DNA of 64,000 bases. Origin: a virus. The translations under genes and the position numbers were made by a program. The first letter of the stretch is position 1. Every line of letters begins with the position of its first letter. This document shows positions 45,186 through 56,458 of the stretch, piece after piece. The notes beneath the pieces were generated by a model. It saw only the letters and a list, made by a program, of their open reading frames with translations, was not told the origin of the DNA and searched no databases. The DNA lies in IMG/VR virus record IMGVR_UViG_3300003323_001324, positions 93,578 through 157,577 of that record; one strand, written 5' to 3'.

Positions 45186-46346
45186 ATGTCCTTCGAGTTC
45201 GCAACCTCCGCCGTCTGCCCGCACCAGGTCCAGTTCGAGTCGAGCCCCATCGACCCGATCACGCGCCAGTGGGCGGACTTCCCCCGCCCTCCCGCCAACG
45301 CCGGGGTCTCGGTCTACGTCGACCGCGTGAAGGTCCCCCAGGACGGCCTTTGGTCCCGGGCCGAGCTCCCGTTCTTCAAGCCCGGCCCCTACAGGATCCA
45401 CCGCGGCCAGAACGACCTGCTCCTCATGTCGTCGGGGTTCGACCCTCCGCGCCTGATACAGCTCACCCCCGGGCCGGCCGTCCCGGCCTCGGACATGGCC
45501 GTCGGCCTCCAGCGCCAGCTCCCGGAGTTCCTCGTCTACGCGAAGGAGAACCGCGTGGTCGTCTCCACCCGCAACCCGGTGAGGGGGACCGGGTTCCAGT
45601 TCAAGGACCCGAGGTGGACCGACAGGTCGGAGTCCCTGCCCACGACCGCCCGCGTCATGGCCGCCTACTCCGACGTCGGCATCGTCCCCGGGCGCGCGGC
45701 GACCGGGAGGAGGCTCTTCCCCGGCTGGTCCGTCCAGCGGGACCCGACCTCCCCGCTCCCCCAGGACAAGCGCCTGGTGTTCTCGGACCCGCTGCCGAAC
45801 GCCGACCCCCTCATCGAGCTCTGCTACGTCACGCCGTCCCAGTACTGCCGCCGCTGTTTCGGCTCCAAGGTCGAGTACGACTACTCGGTGGAGAACGGGA
45901 CGTACGCGCAGGTCCGGAACGTCGACCTCCTCGCCCAGGAGTTCGAGAAGTACCTGATGACCAAGATAGGGTCCCACTGGAAGTGGAACTGGCTCGGCTC
46001 CGGCCTCGTGGACCGCATCGGCGGGAAGGGCAACACAGGCCTCGTCTCGGCCTCCGCCCTCATCTCCGTGGACGTCACCCAGGCCTTCGCCACCTATCAG
46101 CGCATGAAGTCGCAGCAGGAGCTGAACTTCCCGCAGCAGCAGATCACGGACGCGGAGTTCCCGATGGACCTCGCCTCCGTCAACGTCCAGTTCCTCCCCG
46201 ACGACCCGACGGTCGCCGTGCTCGACACCGTCATCGTCAACCGGAGCCAGGTCGACGTCCCCCTCATGCGCGTCGTCGGGAACCCGAGCCCCTTCAGCGT
46301 CGGCTCCGACCCCTCCCGGGTCCTGAGGCTCCTCCCGGGCGGCTGA
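45186..46346 (+). CDS. Baseplate wedge/sheath-initiator protein (gp25-like C-terminal domain)
   Basis: CRRC...LAQEFEKYLMTKIGS...W.GSGL..IG pattern. Directly before the baseplate J-like gene. Confidence 0.6.
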   Translation: MSFEFATSAVCPHQVQFESSPIDPITRQWADFPRPPANAGVSVYVDRVKVPQDGLWSRAELPFFKPGPYRIHRGQNDLLLMSSGFDPPRLIQLTPGPAVPASDMAVGLQRQLPEFLVYAKENRVVVSTRNPVRGTGFQFKDPRWTDRSESLPTTARVMAAYSDVGIVPGRAATGRRLFPGWSVQRDPTSPLPQDKRLVFSDPLPNADPLIELCYVTPSQYCRRCFGSKVEYDYSVENGTYAQVRNVDLLAQEFEKYLMTKIGSHWKWNWLGSGLVDRIGGKGNTGLVSASALISVDVTQAFATYQRMKSQQELNFPQQQITDAEFPMDLASVNVQFLPDDPTVAVLDTVIVNRSQVDVPLMRVVGNPSPFSVGSDPSRVLRLLPGG

Positions 46347-46374
46347 CGAGACCCTTTATCGGTAGCGTTGGCGC

Positions 46375-49300
46375 ATGACGACGGCCCCGAGGATAAACTA
46401 TTTCGACGGATCCGGGGACACCGACTCCCTGCAGGTCACGACCAACATCTCCTCCGTCGTCCTGACCGGGACCGTCGGCCAGAACGTGGTCGACGTCCAG
46501 ATCAACGTCAACGGCGCCGGGTTCGTCTCCGACCCATCCCTCGTCGACCTGGCGCTCCCGGGCTTCACCGTCCCGAACCTCGCCGCCTACCCCGGCGGCC
46601 TCGTCCTCGAGCGCGGGCGGAACGTCATCCAGCTCCGCTCCGTCGACCTCTCGGGCTCCGTCAGCCCTCCCTCGACCGCCGTCCTCGACGTCGTCTCCCA
46701 GTCGGACCTGCAGACCGTCCTCGCGCCGCCGACCGGGGTCCTCCTTCAGAGGAACGCCAAGAGCGTCCAGGTCCAGTGGTCCAACTTCTCCCCGGACGAG
46801 CCCACGGGCTACAACGTGTACGCCTCGACCGGGGCCGGCGGCTCCGGGTCCGGGTACCTTCGCGTCAACGCGGAGACCATCCCCTACAACTCCCCGACGA
46901 AGATCGAGGAGGTCGCCTTCGACCTGTTCTCCTCGCAGACGACGTTCGACAACCCCGACTCCTCCGACCCGTTCCTGACGGCGGCCTCGAACTTCGACAC
47001 CGTCGACCTCCTCCTCTCCTCGGACCTCGTCGCCTCGGCCACCGGCCAGGTCATCGCCCCCGTATCGAGGACCAGGGCCCCGCTCGGGTCGGACCCGAAG
47101 TACAGGCTCTCGGTCGCCGTGCAGTCCGTCCGGCAGACGAGCTTCTTCAGCTTCGTCCACGACCGCAACGACGGCATCACCAACGGGATCCTGAACAACG
47201 ACGTCTTCTCCGTCGTCGACCCGGAGGACCCCCTCTACTACGTGGTGACGGCCGTCTACTTCGACAAGGCGACGGGCCAGCTCCAGGAGAGCCGCTACTC
47301 CGCCGAGATCCCGGGGGCCCCGCTCCCCCTCGACACGACCGTCCGCGGCATCCGGATCCGCGAGCAGAACGTTATCGTCCGCGACTATATCATGGAGGTG
47401 AACGAGGCGGAGCCCGCGCTCGCCCTCATCCCCGCCTCGACCGTCCGCGAGGTCCACATAGAGCCGTTCGGGAACGAGGTCCAGAAGGCCTACTTCCTGA
47501 TGGACTTCGTCCACCGCGGCAAGTCCTTCGCGGCCATGCTCCAGGTCGACGACCCGAACCTGACCGGGACGAGCGTCCCCGTCTCGGACTCGGGCTACAA
47601 GCAGAACCTCAAGTCTGCCCTCTCGCTCTCGAGCGACGCGGCCGTCCAGTCCCTCATCGACGGGTCCTTCGACTCGCTCTCCGCCAACTTCGGCGTCCCC
47701 CGCCTCGGCCGCCGGCCGGCCCAGGTCTACCAGACCTTCTACACGACGTCCCTCCCGACGAAGGACCTCGTGGTCGCCCAGGGCGCCATCGTCTCGTCGT
47801 CGACGAACAGCTCTGCCCCGCGCTTCGTGACGAGCGGGTCCATCTCCATCCTCGCCTCGAACGCCCAGGCCTACTACAACCCGAACACCCGGCGCTACGA
47901 GGTCAAGATCCAGATGGTGGCCGAGACCCCGGGGTCGCTCGGCAACGTCCCGGCCGGGGACCTCGACACCGTGGTCTCGGGGGCGGACGGCCTGCAGACC
48001 GTGAACGAGACGGCCGCCGACTTCGGCCGCGACCGGCAGAGCAACCTCGAGCTCTCCGAGGTCGCCTCCCGCAAGCTCTACTCCCTCGACGCCGGGACCC
48101 AGGGCGGCTACGAGATGACCGCCGTCGGGACCCCGGGCCTGCTCGAGGTCCTCATCGTCAAGTCCGGGGACCCCGACATGATGCGCGACTACGACCCGGT
48201 GCGCATGAAGCACATCGGGGGGAAGGTCGACGCCTGGGTGAAGGGGACCATCGAGAGGACCGTCACCGAGACCTTCGCGTTCCAGTTCACCGTCGCCAAG
48301 AACGTCCGGTTCGACGTCGTCGACGCCGTGAACCTCGTCTTCCGCGCCCGCGACTCCCGCCTCACGGAGTCGAACCCGATAGACGAGATGCTCTACAACC
48401 CGTCCCAGGGCCTCGGCCTCCGGAACCACTCCAACACCCCGGTGACGGAGTACGACCTGACCGGGGTCGAGCTGGTCGACTATCGGACCATCAGGCTCAA
48501 CACCTCCATCCCCCAGCCCCCGACGCTCCTGGACGACTTCGTCGAGGGCGACTACCGCTACCGGAGCAACAACCGCTTCACGGCCACGGTCCAGCCCGTC
48601 ATGCGCGTCACGTCCGTCGTCGGCGAGGTCTCCGGCCCGCTCGACCCCGACGACGGGTACGAGCTCTACAAGCTCCAGGACCCGCTCCTCGAGGGCGAGT
48701 CCACCATCGCCACGGACTTCGTCGAGATCACCCAGGTCAACGGGGTCCCGTCCGGCAACTCCGTGCCGGTCAACGGGGAGGCGCATGTCCTCATCGGGCA
48801 GTTCGAGGAGCCCCTCGACTCCGTCGGCGTCAACACCTTCACGCTCCGCGTCTACAGCGCGGACAGGTCCGTCGAGTTCAGGGGCCCGAACCTCCCCGAC
48901 CCGGACTTCCTCGTCGTCGCGGGCTCGCAGACCACTCCCCTCAAGATCGTCCGCTCCACCCTCTCGAACATCGAGAGCGGCCAGGCCGTCTCGGTCGACT
49001 ACGAGCACGACGAGAACTTCCAGGTCACCTACGTCGTCAACGACGTCCTGCAGCAGCTCCAGCAGCGCTACAACAAGATGCGGCACGTCACGGCCGACGT
49101 CCTCGCCAAGCAGTCGGTCGAGAACCGCATGTCGGTCGAGTCGACGGTCCAGCTCGCCCCGAACGCGGACCAGGCCTCGACCGACTCCCAGATCCGGACC
49201 AACATCACCGTCCTGACGGACTCGAAGGGGGTCGGCGGGTCCGTCCGCCAGTCGGACGCCGTGTCCGTCATGGACCGACCGGGCGGGGTCGACTTTCTCG

Positions 49301-49842
49301 TCCAGCCCTTCACCAGGTTCACGCTCGCGGACGGGGCGATGCGCGTGCGCGACGAGGTCCTGTCGGACTACGTGGTCCTCCCCTCCCTGAGCCAGTTCTC
49401 CAACCAGGTCTTCCTCCTGACCCAGGCCCTCCCATTCGACACCTCGGACGGCGGGGGCGGGCCGACCGTCCATCACGGCGTCTACAAGGACGAGCTCATC
49501 ATGGCCCAGGCCACGTCCCTCGAGGACGTCGGGACGGCCGTGAACAAGTCCTGGATCATCGGCAGGCTCGGCGCCGTCATCCCCGGGTACAGCGACGACA
49601 CCACCCTCCTCCCCGTCTACCTGACCCAGGAGGCGGTCGTCGCGGCCCGCATCCGCCTCACCGCGAACCGGGTGGTCGTCTCCCTGAACGCGGGCCTCGT
49701 CCCTCCTGACGTCCCGACGGCCCACTCCTTCGCCGCCACCTACATCGTGAGCGGCGACCGCGGCGTCAAGGACCTGGAGACCAGTCAGGTAGAGTACCTG
49801 ACTCCCGGCGACATCGTCCTGACCTACAGGAGCGCCACTTGA
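46375..49842 (+). CDS. Baseplate J/gp6-like wedge protein
   Basis: LSANFGVPR, AETPGSLGNVPAG, VN..A.FGRDRQSN.EL, GT.GGY and GGKVDAWV motifs. Confidence 0.8.
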   Translation: MTTAPRINYFDGSGDTDSLQVTTNISSVVLTGTVGQNVVDVQINVNGAGFVSDPSLVDLALPGFTVPNLAAYPGGLVLERGRNVIQLRSVDLSGSVSPPSTAVLDVVSQSDLQTVLAPPTGVLLQRNAKSVQVQWSNFSPDEPTGYNVYASTGAGGSGSGYLRVNAETIPYNSPTKIEEVAFDLFSSQTTFDNPDSSDPFLTAASNFDTVDLLLSSDLVASATGQVIAPVSRTRAPLGSDPKYRLSVAVQSVRQTSFFSFVHDRNDGITNGILNNDVFSVVDPEDPLYYVVTAVYFDKATGQLQESRYSAEIPGAPLPLDTTVRGIRIREQNVIVRDYIMEVNEAEPALALIPASTVREVHIEPFGNEVQKAYFLMDFVHRGKSFAAMLQVDDPNLTGTSVPVSDSGYKQNLKSALSLSSDAAVQSLIDGSFDSLSANFGVPRLGRRPAQVYQTFYTTSLPTKDLVVAQGAIVSSSTNSSAPRFVTSGSISILASNAQAYYNPNTRRYEVKIQMVAETPGSLGNVPAGDLDTVVSGADGLQTVNETAADFGRDRQSNLELSEVASRKLYSLDAGTQGGYEMTAVGTPGLLEVLIVKSGDPDMMRDYDPVRMKHIGGKVDAWVKGTIERTVTETFAFQFTVAKNVRFDVVDAVNLVFRARDSRLTESNPIDEMLYNPSQGLGLRNHSNTPVTEYDLTGVELVDYRTIRLNTSIPQPPTLLDDFVEGDYRYRSNNRFTATVQPVMRVTSVVGEVSGPLDPDDGYELYKLQDPLLEGESTIATDFVEITQVNGVPSGNSVPVNGEAHVLIGQFEEPLDSVGVNTFTLRVYSADRSVEFRGPNLPDPDFLVVAGSQTTPLKIVRSTLSNIESGQAVSVDYEHDENFQVTYVVNDVLQQLQQRYNKMRHVTADVLAKQSVENRMSVESTVQLAPNADQASTDSQIRTNITVLTDSKGVGGSVRQSDAVSVMDRPGGVDFLVQPFTRFTLADGAMRVRDEVLSDYVVLPSLSQFSNQVFLLTQALPFDTSDGGGGPTVHHGVYKDELIMAQATSLEDVGTAVNKSWIIGRLGAVIPGYSDDTTLLPVYLTQEAVVAARIRLTANRVVVSLNAGLVPPDVPTAHSFAATYIVSGDRGVKDLETSQVEYLTPGDIVLTYRSAT

Positions 49843-50375
49843 CCGAGTACATGATCGTCGAGACCTACGCGAACACCCTGTATGAGGGTCACCGGTGCCA
49901 CAGGTACTGGGTGCCCGGAGGCTTCTTCATCATGGTCGGCGGCTCCCTCCTCGGGCCCGAGGACTGGGAGCACCTCCGGTCCGAGTACGGCATCACTCAC
50001 GTCATCAACGTCGAGACGGAGCACGACGATGCCGGGAAGGTGCCCCCAGAGCGCCTGTGCCAGGCCCGCGTCCCCGACGACGGGACCCCGTTCCCGGCGG
50101 CGAAGGTCCTGGCCGCCTGCCTCTTCGCCGCCGAGAAGGTGGCCAACGCCCCGGCCGGCGAGGATCCGCGCTTCTACGTCCACTGCCAGATGGGCGGCTC
50201 CAGGAGCCCCGCGTTCGCCTACGCCCTGATGCGCGCGGTGTTCGAGATGTCCGCCGAGGGCGCCCTGGCGGCCATCCGGGGGACCCACAAGTCCGACTAC
50301 GGCCACCACGACTTTCACAAGTCGTATATAGCCAGCGTCGAGGCGGCCCTCGCCCCGGTCTTCGGGGGCGGCTGA
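49839..50375 (+). CDS. Dual-specificity (PTP-superfamily) phosphatase
   Basis: HCQMGGSRS (CX5R P-loop), GITHVINV and a putative acid loop VPDDG. Confidence 0.88.
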   Translation: MTEYMIVETYANTLYEGHRCHRYWVPGGFFIMVGGSLLGPEDWEHLRSEYGITHVINVETEHDDAGKVPPERLCQARVPDDGTPFPAAKVLAACLFAAEKVANAPAGEDPRFYVHCQMGGSRSPAFAYALMRAVFEMSAEGALAAIRGTHKSDYGHHDFHKSYIASVEAALAPVFGGG

Positions 50376-51196
50376 TGGCCATCGTCAGGGTGTCCTTCGA
50401 CGCCTACGACGACGGCGAGCAGTACCGGGCCCGCCTGATCGCCGAGGCCAACAGCATCTTCCAGGTCTTCCTGTCGATGCTGTCCTCTTACTGGCAGTCG
50501 ACCATCGACGGCCCGAACTACGCCCGCGAGATCAAGGCGATGTCCATCGAGCTCGCCCGGGTCCGCCTGGCCCTCGAGGACGTCCGGGGCGACGTCCGCT
50601 ACTCGGCGACCCGCACGGAGTTCCTCTACCAGGTCCTCTCGTCCATCATGTTCCCGGCGGACCCCGGGGTGCCGAACCCGAACCTCTCGGACCAGGACCT
50701 GAAGGCCCTCCTCATCAAGATCCTCGACATCTACTTCAAGGGGAGCGTCCCCGCCTCCATGAAGGCCGCCGCCGAGCTGTTCTACAAGGGCGCGACGGTC
50801 GTCCTGAAGGAGGCCTTCCTCGAGGCCCGGAAGCCGGGCTCCGGGTACGACATATCGGACGAGTACGGGTTCGAGATAGACGTCATCTTCTCCTCGCTCG
50901 CCGGGACGGACGTCATCCTCTCGGACCGGATGACGCGGATCCTGCTCGACATCATCCGCCCGGCGCACACCCTCTTGCGCATCAAGCACGTCCTCCAGGA
51001 CGAGTGGCCCGGCCAGGGCGACCCCGACCCCTCGAAGGACAACCTGGCCAAGATCGCCGACTCTTTCCGCTTCCACCTCGCCAACTACGGGTATGAGGAC
51101 CTCCGCAAGTACGTGGGCGGCGTCTACGGCGTGGACGAGCTCGGCTTCAAGCGCTCCAAGTCCGTCGTCGGCGAGGACCACTCGGGTGACTTCTAG
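50375..51196 (+). CDS. Baseplate wedge subunit (gpI/gp7-like)
   Basis: TGATG-coupled. IYFKGS and IIRPAHT motifs. Follows the J-like gene. Confidence 0.6.
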   Translation: MAIVRVSFDAYDDGEQYRARLIAEANSIFQVFLSMLSSYWQSTIDGPNYAREIKAMSIELARVRLALEDVRGDVRYSATRTEFLYQVLSSIMFPADPGVPNPNLSDQDLKALLIKILDIYFKGSVPASMKAAAELFYKGATVVLKEAFLEARKPGSGYDISDEYGFEIDVIFSSLAGTDVILSDRMTRILLDIIRPAHTLLRIKHVLQDEWPGQGDPDPSKDNLAKIADSFRFHLANYGYEDLRKYVGGVYGVDELGFKRSKSVVGEDHSGDF

Positions 51197-51303
51197 GCAT
51201 GCGTTAGCCGTCTGATTGCCGCGGGTCGACGGCGTGTCCTCGCGCCGACCGCGCGGGCCACGTCCTCCGGGCCGGCGGACGAGGACGGCGATGAAGGACG
51301 TCG

Positions 51304-54300
51304 ATGGCTGTCGAAAGATTCTCTAACCTCGCGCAGACCACGATCGCCACCGGCGGCGGCATCTCGCCCGTGGCGCTCACCTTCGACGTCGCGAGCGCGG
51401 CCCTCTTCCCGGGCGCGCCGCAGTTCCGCATCCGGATCGGGGACGAGCTCATGCTCGTCACCGGGGTCTCCGGGAACACCTTCACCGTAAAGCGCGGCAT
51501 CGAGGGGACGACCCCGGCCGCCCACGCGTTCGGCGACACGGTCACGCACATCCTGACCGCCGGCGCGATGAGCCAGTTTGCGTTCGACCTGACCGGCCTC
51601 ACCGGCCCGGCCGGTCTCCAGGGCTCCCCCGGCCCCCAGGGCATCCAGGGCTCGCCGGGCGTGACCGGCGCCACCGGCCCGAAAGGGACCACCGGGCCCG
51701 CGGGCCCGCAGGGCGCCCAGGGTCCGACGGGGTTCGTCGGGGCCACCGGGTCCACCGGCCCGCAGGGGCCGACCGGCCCCAAGGGCGACCAGGGTTCACC
51801 GGGCTCCACCGGCGCCACCGGCCCGCAGGGTCCGACCGGCCCGTTCGGCGGACCGCCCGGCGCGACCGGCGCCACCGGCCCGCAGGGTCCGACCGGCCTC
51901 GCGGGCTCCCAGGGCTCCCCCGGCCCGACCGGCCTCCAGGGCTCCCCCGGCGTGACGGGCCCCCAGGGCGTCCAGGGCGCGACCGGCGTCGCCGGCCCTC
52001 CCGGACCGTTCGGCCCGACGGGTCAGCAGGGCAACCAGGGCTCCCCCGGCGTCGCCGGACCCACGGGCCCGGCCGGCCTTACTGGCGCCACCGGACCCCA
52101 GGGCTCCCCCGGCGCCACCGGGCCTACCGGCCCGCAGGGCTCCCCCGGCCTCGCGGGGGTCACCGGCCCTCAAGGCCCGACCGGACAGCGCGGTCCGACG
52201 GGCGCGACCGGACCCCAGGGCTCCCCCGGCGTGACGGGCCCCCAGGGCGTCACTGGCCCGTTCGGTGGCCCGCCCGGCGCCACGGGCCCCCAGGGCCCGA
52301 CCGGACCCACAGGCCCGCGCGGCAGCACCGGAGCGACCGGCCCCCAGGGGCCGACGGGGGCCCAGGGTGTCCAGGGCGTGACCGGGTCTACCGGCCCGGT
52401 CGGCCTCACCGGCGCCACCGGCCCCGCCGGCGCCACCGGCCCCGGCTTCACCGGCCCTCGAGGCGACACCGGAATCCAGGGCCCGACCGGCCCGACCGGC
52501 CCGCAGGGCCCGACCGGCCCCGGTTTCACCGGTCCGACCGGACCGCAGGGGGCGACCGGAGCCACCGGCCCGGTCGGCTTCACCGGCCCTCAGGGGCCGA
52601 CGGGCCCCCAGGGCGTCACCGGCCCCACCGGCGCCCAGGGCATCCAGGGCGCCACCGGCGTCGGCGCCACCGGCGTGATGGGCATCTATCAGGTGCGCCA
52701 GCACGGGGTCGAGTTCTTTCCGGCCGCCCTCTGGCAGCTCGACGGGAACCTGCTCGACATCTTCGGTAGCTCGAACCTGTCCGTCGCCTCGGGCGTCCAG
52801 AACTATAGCGAGGTAGGCCCAGGCCTACGCGGGTTCTCCTTCGACGGCTCCCAGAGCCTGAACGGCCCCAACACGCTCGGCTTCACCGGCCCGATGTCGT
52901 TCGTCGGCGTGATGAACCTTCCGGACGTGGGGACCGGGATCTTCCCTCTCATCGCGTTCGGCGGGCCGAGCGAGGACCCCGGAGACAACCTCCAGTACGA
53001 GGTCTCCTTCGACGCCGCGAGCAGGTACGCCCGTTATCGCTCCGAGTCCGGCGGGGGCACTGACAACGTCTCGGTCGCCACGGGCGTCCGCGCCCCGCTC
53101 GGCCAGCCCTTCCACTTCGGCCTCACGAGGAGCGCCGCGGGCGTCCTCGGCTGGTACCTGAACGGGAAGCTCTACGCGACCGGCCCGTCCGTCGCGGCGG
53201 ACGGAGGACAGAGCGGCTTCTTCCGCCTCGGCGGCCAGGTCGACGGCCCTGCCGTCCTCCCGCCCGGCGCGGTAGTCGCCTCCGCCAAGGTCTTCCCGTC
53301 CGAGCTCTCCGTCCAGAACGTCTACGACGAGTATAGCAAGACCGTCGGCGCCGTCTTCATCGGTTACACCGGCGCGCAGGGTATCCAGGGCGCCACCGGC
53401 CTCCAAGGCCCCCAGGGCGCCACCGGCCTCACCGGCCCCCAGGGCAACGTGGGCTCCCCCGGACCGACCGGCGCCCAGGGCCCGCAGGGCCCCATGGGTC
53501 CTGCCGGCCCCACCGGCGCCGGCGTCCAGGGCTCCCCGGGACCGGCAGGGCCGACCGGTCCTGCCGGCGCCACCGGCGCCGGCATTCAGGGCTCCCCGGG
53601 ACCGGCCGGACTCACTGGCGCGCTCGGCGTATACCAGCTCCGTCCGCACGACACTACCTACAGCCCCGTCGGGCTCTGGCAGCTCGACGGTAGCCTGGCC
53701 GACTCCTCGGGACTCGGCAAGAACCTGACCGTCGCCTCCGGCATCGAGAACTACACGGAGGTCGGACCCGGGATGCGCGGGTTCTCCTTCGACGGCCTCG
53801 AGTTCCTCAGGAGGAGCGTCCACGACCCCGAGCTCTTCATAACCGGCGCGATCACCATCGAGGGCGTCATTAGGCTCCCGAACCCCGTGTCCGCGGCCGT
53901 CCCTCTCGTCAGTCACGCGGGCGTCGGAGAAGGCTCGAGTGACAACGAGGTCTACGGGGCGGCCTTCGCCGGGACGACCCGCTATCCGCAGTTTCTCTCC
54001 GAGTCCGGAGGCGGCGTCGACGCGCAGACCGTGGCCACCGGCGTCGTGGCCCCCGTGGATGAGCCGTTCCACTTCGCGGTCGTCCGCGACGCGGGCCTCA
54101 ACCTCGCCTGGTACATGAACGGCAGGCTTTACGCGACGGGGGCGGCCGCTGCCGTCAACGGCGGTCAGAGCGGCGTCTTCAAGGTTGGCGTCTTCGCCGA
54201 GCAGGCGACCGGCGCCCCAAGGAACCTTGTCGTCGCCTCTCTCAAGGTCGTCCCGACCTCCCTGTCACAGGACGCGATCTACGGCGAGTTCCAGCGGACG

Positions 54301-55047
54301 GTCGGGTCCGTGTTCGTCGGACAGACAGGCCCTCTCGGGGCGACCGGCTCTGTCGGCCCGACCGGCCAGATCGGCCCGACTGGGTACGGATCCCAGGGAT
54401 CCCCCGGGCAGACTGGAGCGACCGGCCCTCAGGGGCCGACGGGAGCCCAGGGCGTCACGGGCTCCATCGGCCCCGCAGGCTCCACAGGCCCCCAGGGCGC
54501 CACCGGTCCGGCCGGGATGGGTTCCACAGGCCCCCAGGGCGCCACCGGCCTCGCGGGGGCCACAGGCCCCCAGGGCGCCACCGGCCTCGCGGGGGCCACA
54601 GGCCCCCAGGGCGCCACCGGCCCGCAGGGCCCGACCGGACAGCGCGGTTCGACGGGCGTCACCGGGCCCCAGGGCGCCACCGGCGCCACGGGGCCAGCGG
54701 GCGCCACCGGCCCTCAGGGACCGCAGGGATCCCCCGGAGCCGGCTCCACCGGCGCGGTCGCCCTGACCGTCACGAGCCCCAAGCACGGGACGTACTCGGC
54801 GAACTTCGGGGAGCTCGTCCTCGTCGTCCCCTCCGCCATCTCGACCGGCTTCTCCATCATCGTCCCGGTCCCGACCCTGAACGTGAACCGGGAGGTTGGC
54901 ATCAAGAACATCACCGACTCCTCCATCCCCGTCTTCGTCACCCCGGCGGACTCCTCCGACGTCGACGGCTCGACGGGCTACGTGATGAACTCCGGGAGGC
55001 AGTACGTGATCCTCAAGTCGATCGGGACGGGCTACATCGTCATATGA
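51304..55047 (+). CDS. Collagen-like tail fibre with two internal LamG/ConA-like domains
   Basis: N-terminal anchor (IRIGDE.M.VT...FTVKRG..GT..AAH), long GXT/GXQ tracts, and two domains starting LWQLDG.L.D with HF...R...WY.NG. Confidence 0.8.
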   Translation: MAVERFSNLAQTTIATGGGISPVALTFDVASAALFPGAPQFRIRIGDELMLVTGVSGNTFTVKRGIEGTTPAAHAFGDTVTHILTAGAMSQFAFDLTGLTGPAGLQGSPGPQGIQGSPGVTGATGPKGTTGPAGPQGAQGPTGFVGATGSTGPQGPTGPKGDQGSPGSTGATGPQGPTGPFGGPPGATGATGPQGPTGLAGSQGSPGPTGLQGSPGVTGPQGVQGATGVAGPPGPFGPTGQQGNQGSPGVAGPTGPAGLTGATGPQGSPGATGPTGPQGSPGLAGVTGPQGPTGQRGPTGATGPQGSPGVTGPQGVTGPFGGPPGATGPQGPTGPTGPRGSTGATGPQGPTGAQGVQGVTGSTGPVGLTGATGPAGATGPGFTGPRGDTGIQGPTGPTGPQGPTGPGFTGPTGPQGATGATGPVGFTGPQGPTGPQGVTGPTGAQGIQGATGVGATGVMGIYQVRQHGVEFFPAALWQLDGNLLDIFGSSNLSVASGVQNYSEVGPGLRGFSFDGSQSLNGPNTLGFTGPMSFVGVMNLPDVGTGIFPLIAFGGPSEDPGDNLQYEVSFDAASRYARYRSESGGGTDNVSVATGVRAPLGQPFHFGLTRSAAGVLGWYLNGKLYATGPSVAADGGQSGFFRLGGQVDGPAVLPPGAVVASAKVFPSELSVQNVYDEYSKTVGAVFIGYTGAQGIQGATGLQGPQGATGLTGPQGNVGSPGPTGAQGPQGPMGPAGPTGAGVQGSPGPAGPTGPAGATGAGIQGSPGPAGLTGALGVYQLRPHDTTYSPVGLWQLDGSLADSSGLGKNLTVASGIENYTEVGPGMRGFSFDGLEFLRRSVHDPELFITGAITIEGVIRLPNPVSAAVPLVSHAGVGEGSSDNEVYGAAFAGTTRYPQFLSESGGGVDAQTVATGVVAPVDEPFHFAVVRDAGLNLAWYMNGRLYATGAAAAVNGGQSGVFKVGVFAEQATGAPRNLVVASLKVVPTSLSQDAIYGEFQRTVGSVFVGQTGPLGATGSVGPTGQIGPTGYGSQGSPGQTGATGPQGPTGAQGVTGSIGPAGSTGPQGATGPAGMGSTGPQGATGLAGATGPQGATGLAGATGPQGATGPQGPTGQRGSTGVTGPQGATGATGPAGATGPQGPQGSPGAGSTGAVALTVTSPKHGTYSANFGELVLVVPSAISTGFSIIVPVPTLNVNREVGIKNITDSSIPVFVTPADSSDVDGSTGYVMNSGRQYVILKSIGTGYIVI
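54525..54622 (+). repeat. Perfect 36-bp tandem repeat (about 2.7 copies) in the collagen tract
   Basis: CACAGGCCCCCAGGGCGCCACCGGCCTCGCGGGGGC at 54525 and 54561, with a partial copy at 54597. Confidence 0.85.
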
Positions 55048-55754
55048 GCTATCCCGGAAGCGGCAGGGCAAACTACCATGACGCCAGGTTCGGTCCTCTG
55101 GCGCTCTGGCAGCTCAACGACTCGCTCGCGGACTCCGCGGGCGCCGGCGGCTCGCTGTCCCTCGAGGCGGGGACGTCCGTGTTCTGCGACGTCCTCCCCG
55201 GCCTCCGCGGCTTCTACTTCGACGGCTCGACGGCCCTTTGGCGCAATGCGTCCCAGGCGGCCCTCCAAATAGTCGGGGACCTCTCCATCGAGTGCATCGT
55301 TACAAGGAGCCTCGTCGAGGCGGACAAGCCCATCGTGTGCCACGACGGCCAGCTCGAGAGCCAGGGCGACAACTACCTGTACGACCTGTACGTCGACTCG
55401 GCCCAGCAGCTCAACTACTTCGCCGAGTTCGGGTCGGGTTCCAACATCTCCTACACGGCGACCGGGCTCTCCATCCCCGTCGGCACCCCGTTCCACGTGG
55501 CGCTCGTCAGGCGCTCGAATCAGGTGACATTCTACGTCAACGGCAGGCAGTTCGGGCCGTCCTCCACCGGGCTCGTCGCTCCCGAGGGCGGGACCAACGG
55601 AAAGTTCAGGATCGGCGGGGACATCGGGAGCAGCCCTGTGCAGAGGATGACCGGCGCGGTCTCCTCCGTCAAGCTCCTCAACAAGCCCCTGACGGCCGCC
55701 CAGGTGGCCGAGGACTACAACGTGACCCTCGGCGGGGTCTACGGGTACGTATGA
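55044..55754 (+). CDS. Stand-alone LamG/ConA-like domain protein
   Basis: [13 protein letters not shown]...FHVALVR...FYVNG...DYNVTLG; paralogue of the fibre domains. Confidence 0.75.
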   Translation: MSYPGSGRANYHDARFGPLALWQLNDSLADSAGAGGSLSLEAGTSVFCDVLPGLRGFYFDGSTALWRNASQAALQIVGDLSIECIVTRSLVEADKPIVCHDGQLESQGDNYLYDLYVDSAQQLNYFAEFGSGSNISYTATGLSIPVGTPFHVALVRRSNQVTFYVNGRQFGPSSTGLVAPEGGTNGKFRIGGDIGSSPVQRMTGAVSSVKLLNKPLTAAQVAEDYNVTLGGVYGYV

Positions 55755-56458
55755 GCTACTCCGGCAAGAACGCGTCCGTGAGGGGCCACAACGCCTCCAA
55801 GGGGCCCGTGGCCCTCTGGCAGCTCGACGGGAACATGGTCGACTCCATCGGGGGCCTCAACCTCTCGGTGTCGACGGGGACGGAGAAGTACTCGCAGACC
55901 GTCCCCGGGATGGCCGGTTTCTCCTTCAACGGCTCGACCGAGCTCGCGCGCCCCGGGTTCGACGCCTCCCTCGCCCTCGCGGGGGACGTGACCGTCGAGT
56001 GCGTCGCCCGCGTCGGCGCCTCGAGCAACATCCTCTGGTCCTTCGGCGGGAACGGGTCGACCGAGGCCCTGAACATCCTCTACAGCCTCAGGGTGGCTGA
56101 CTCCGTCAACTACCTCGGCATGGAGTGCCTGCACGAGCAGGGGGCCGGGAACAGCGTCGTGTACGACCGGAACGACTGCTTCCCCATCTACGTCCCCTTC
56201 CACGTCGCCCAGGTCCGCAGCGGGAACCAGTACACCCTCTACCTGAACGGCAGGCAGATAGGGCCGGCGTCCTCCGTCCTGACCGCCCCGACCGGCGGGA
56301 CCTCGTCCTCCATGCGGGTCGGCGGCTTCTTCGGCTCCAACTTCTTCAACGGCGTCATCTCCTCCCTCATCGTCTACGGGCGGGCGCTGTCGTCCAAGGA
56401 GGTGGCCTCGGACTATAACCTGACCCTCGGTCCGGCTTACGGCCTCTACTCCCCCTGA
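55751..56458 (+). CDS. Stand-alone LamG/ConA-like domain protein
   Basis: [13 protein letters not shown]...FHVAQVR...LYLNG...DYNLTLG; ATGA overlap with the previous gene. Confidence 0.75.
   Translation: MSYSGKNASVRGHNASKGPVALWQLDGNMVDSIGGLNLSVSTGTEKYSQTVPGMAGFSFNGSTELARPGFDASLALAGDVTVECVARVGASSNILWSFGGNGSTEALNILYSLRVADSVNYLGMECLHEQGAGNSVVYDRNDCFPIYVPFHVAQVRSGNQYTLYLNGRQIGPASSVLTAPTGGTSSSMRVGGFFGSNFFNGVISSLIVYGRALSSKEVASDYNLTLGPAYGLYSP

Noticed and set aside
110-51196. Interpretation as a bacterial extracellular contractile injection system or tailocin
   Set aside because: Homing endonucleases, RtcB, many tiny orphan genes, giant structural genes and dispersed sheath/tube fit a large phage better. 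No capsid or terminase is in the window, so this is not formally excluded.
51590-54750. Highly repetitive GC-rich DNA as a CRISPR array or non-coding satellite
   Set aside because: The repeats follow codon-triplet periodicity and encode in-frame Gly-X-Y collagen. There is no constant repeat with unique spacers and no cas genes.
52680-56458. Diversity-generating retroelement acting on the fibre domains
   Set aside because: There is no reverse transcriptase in the window, and the paralogues differ broadly rather than only at adenines.
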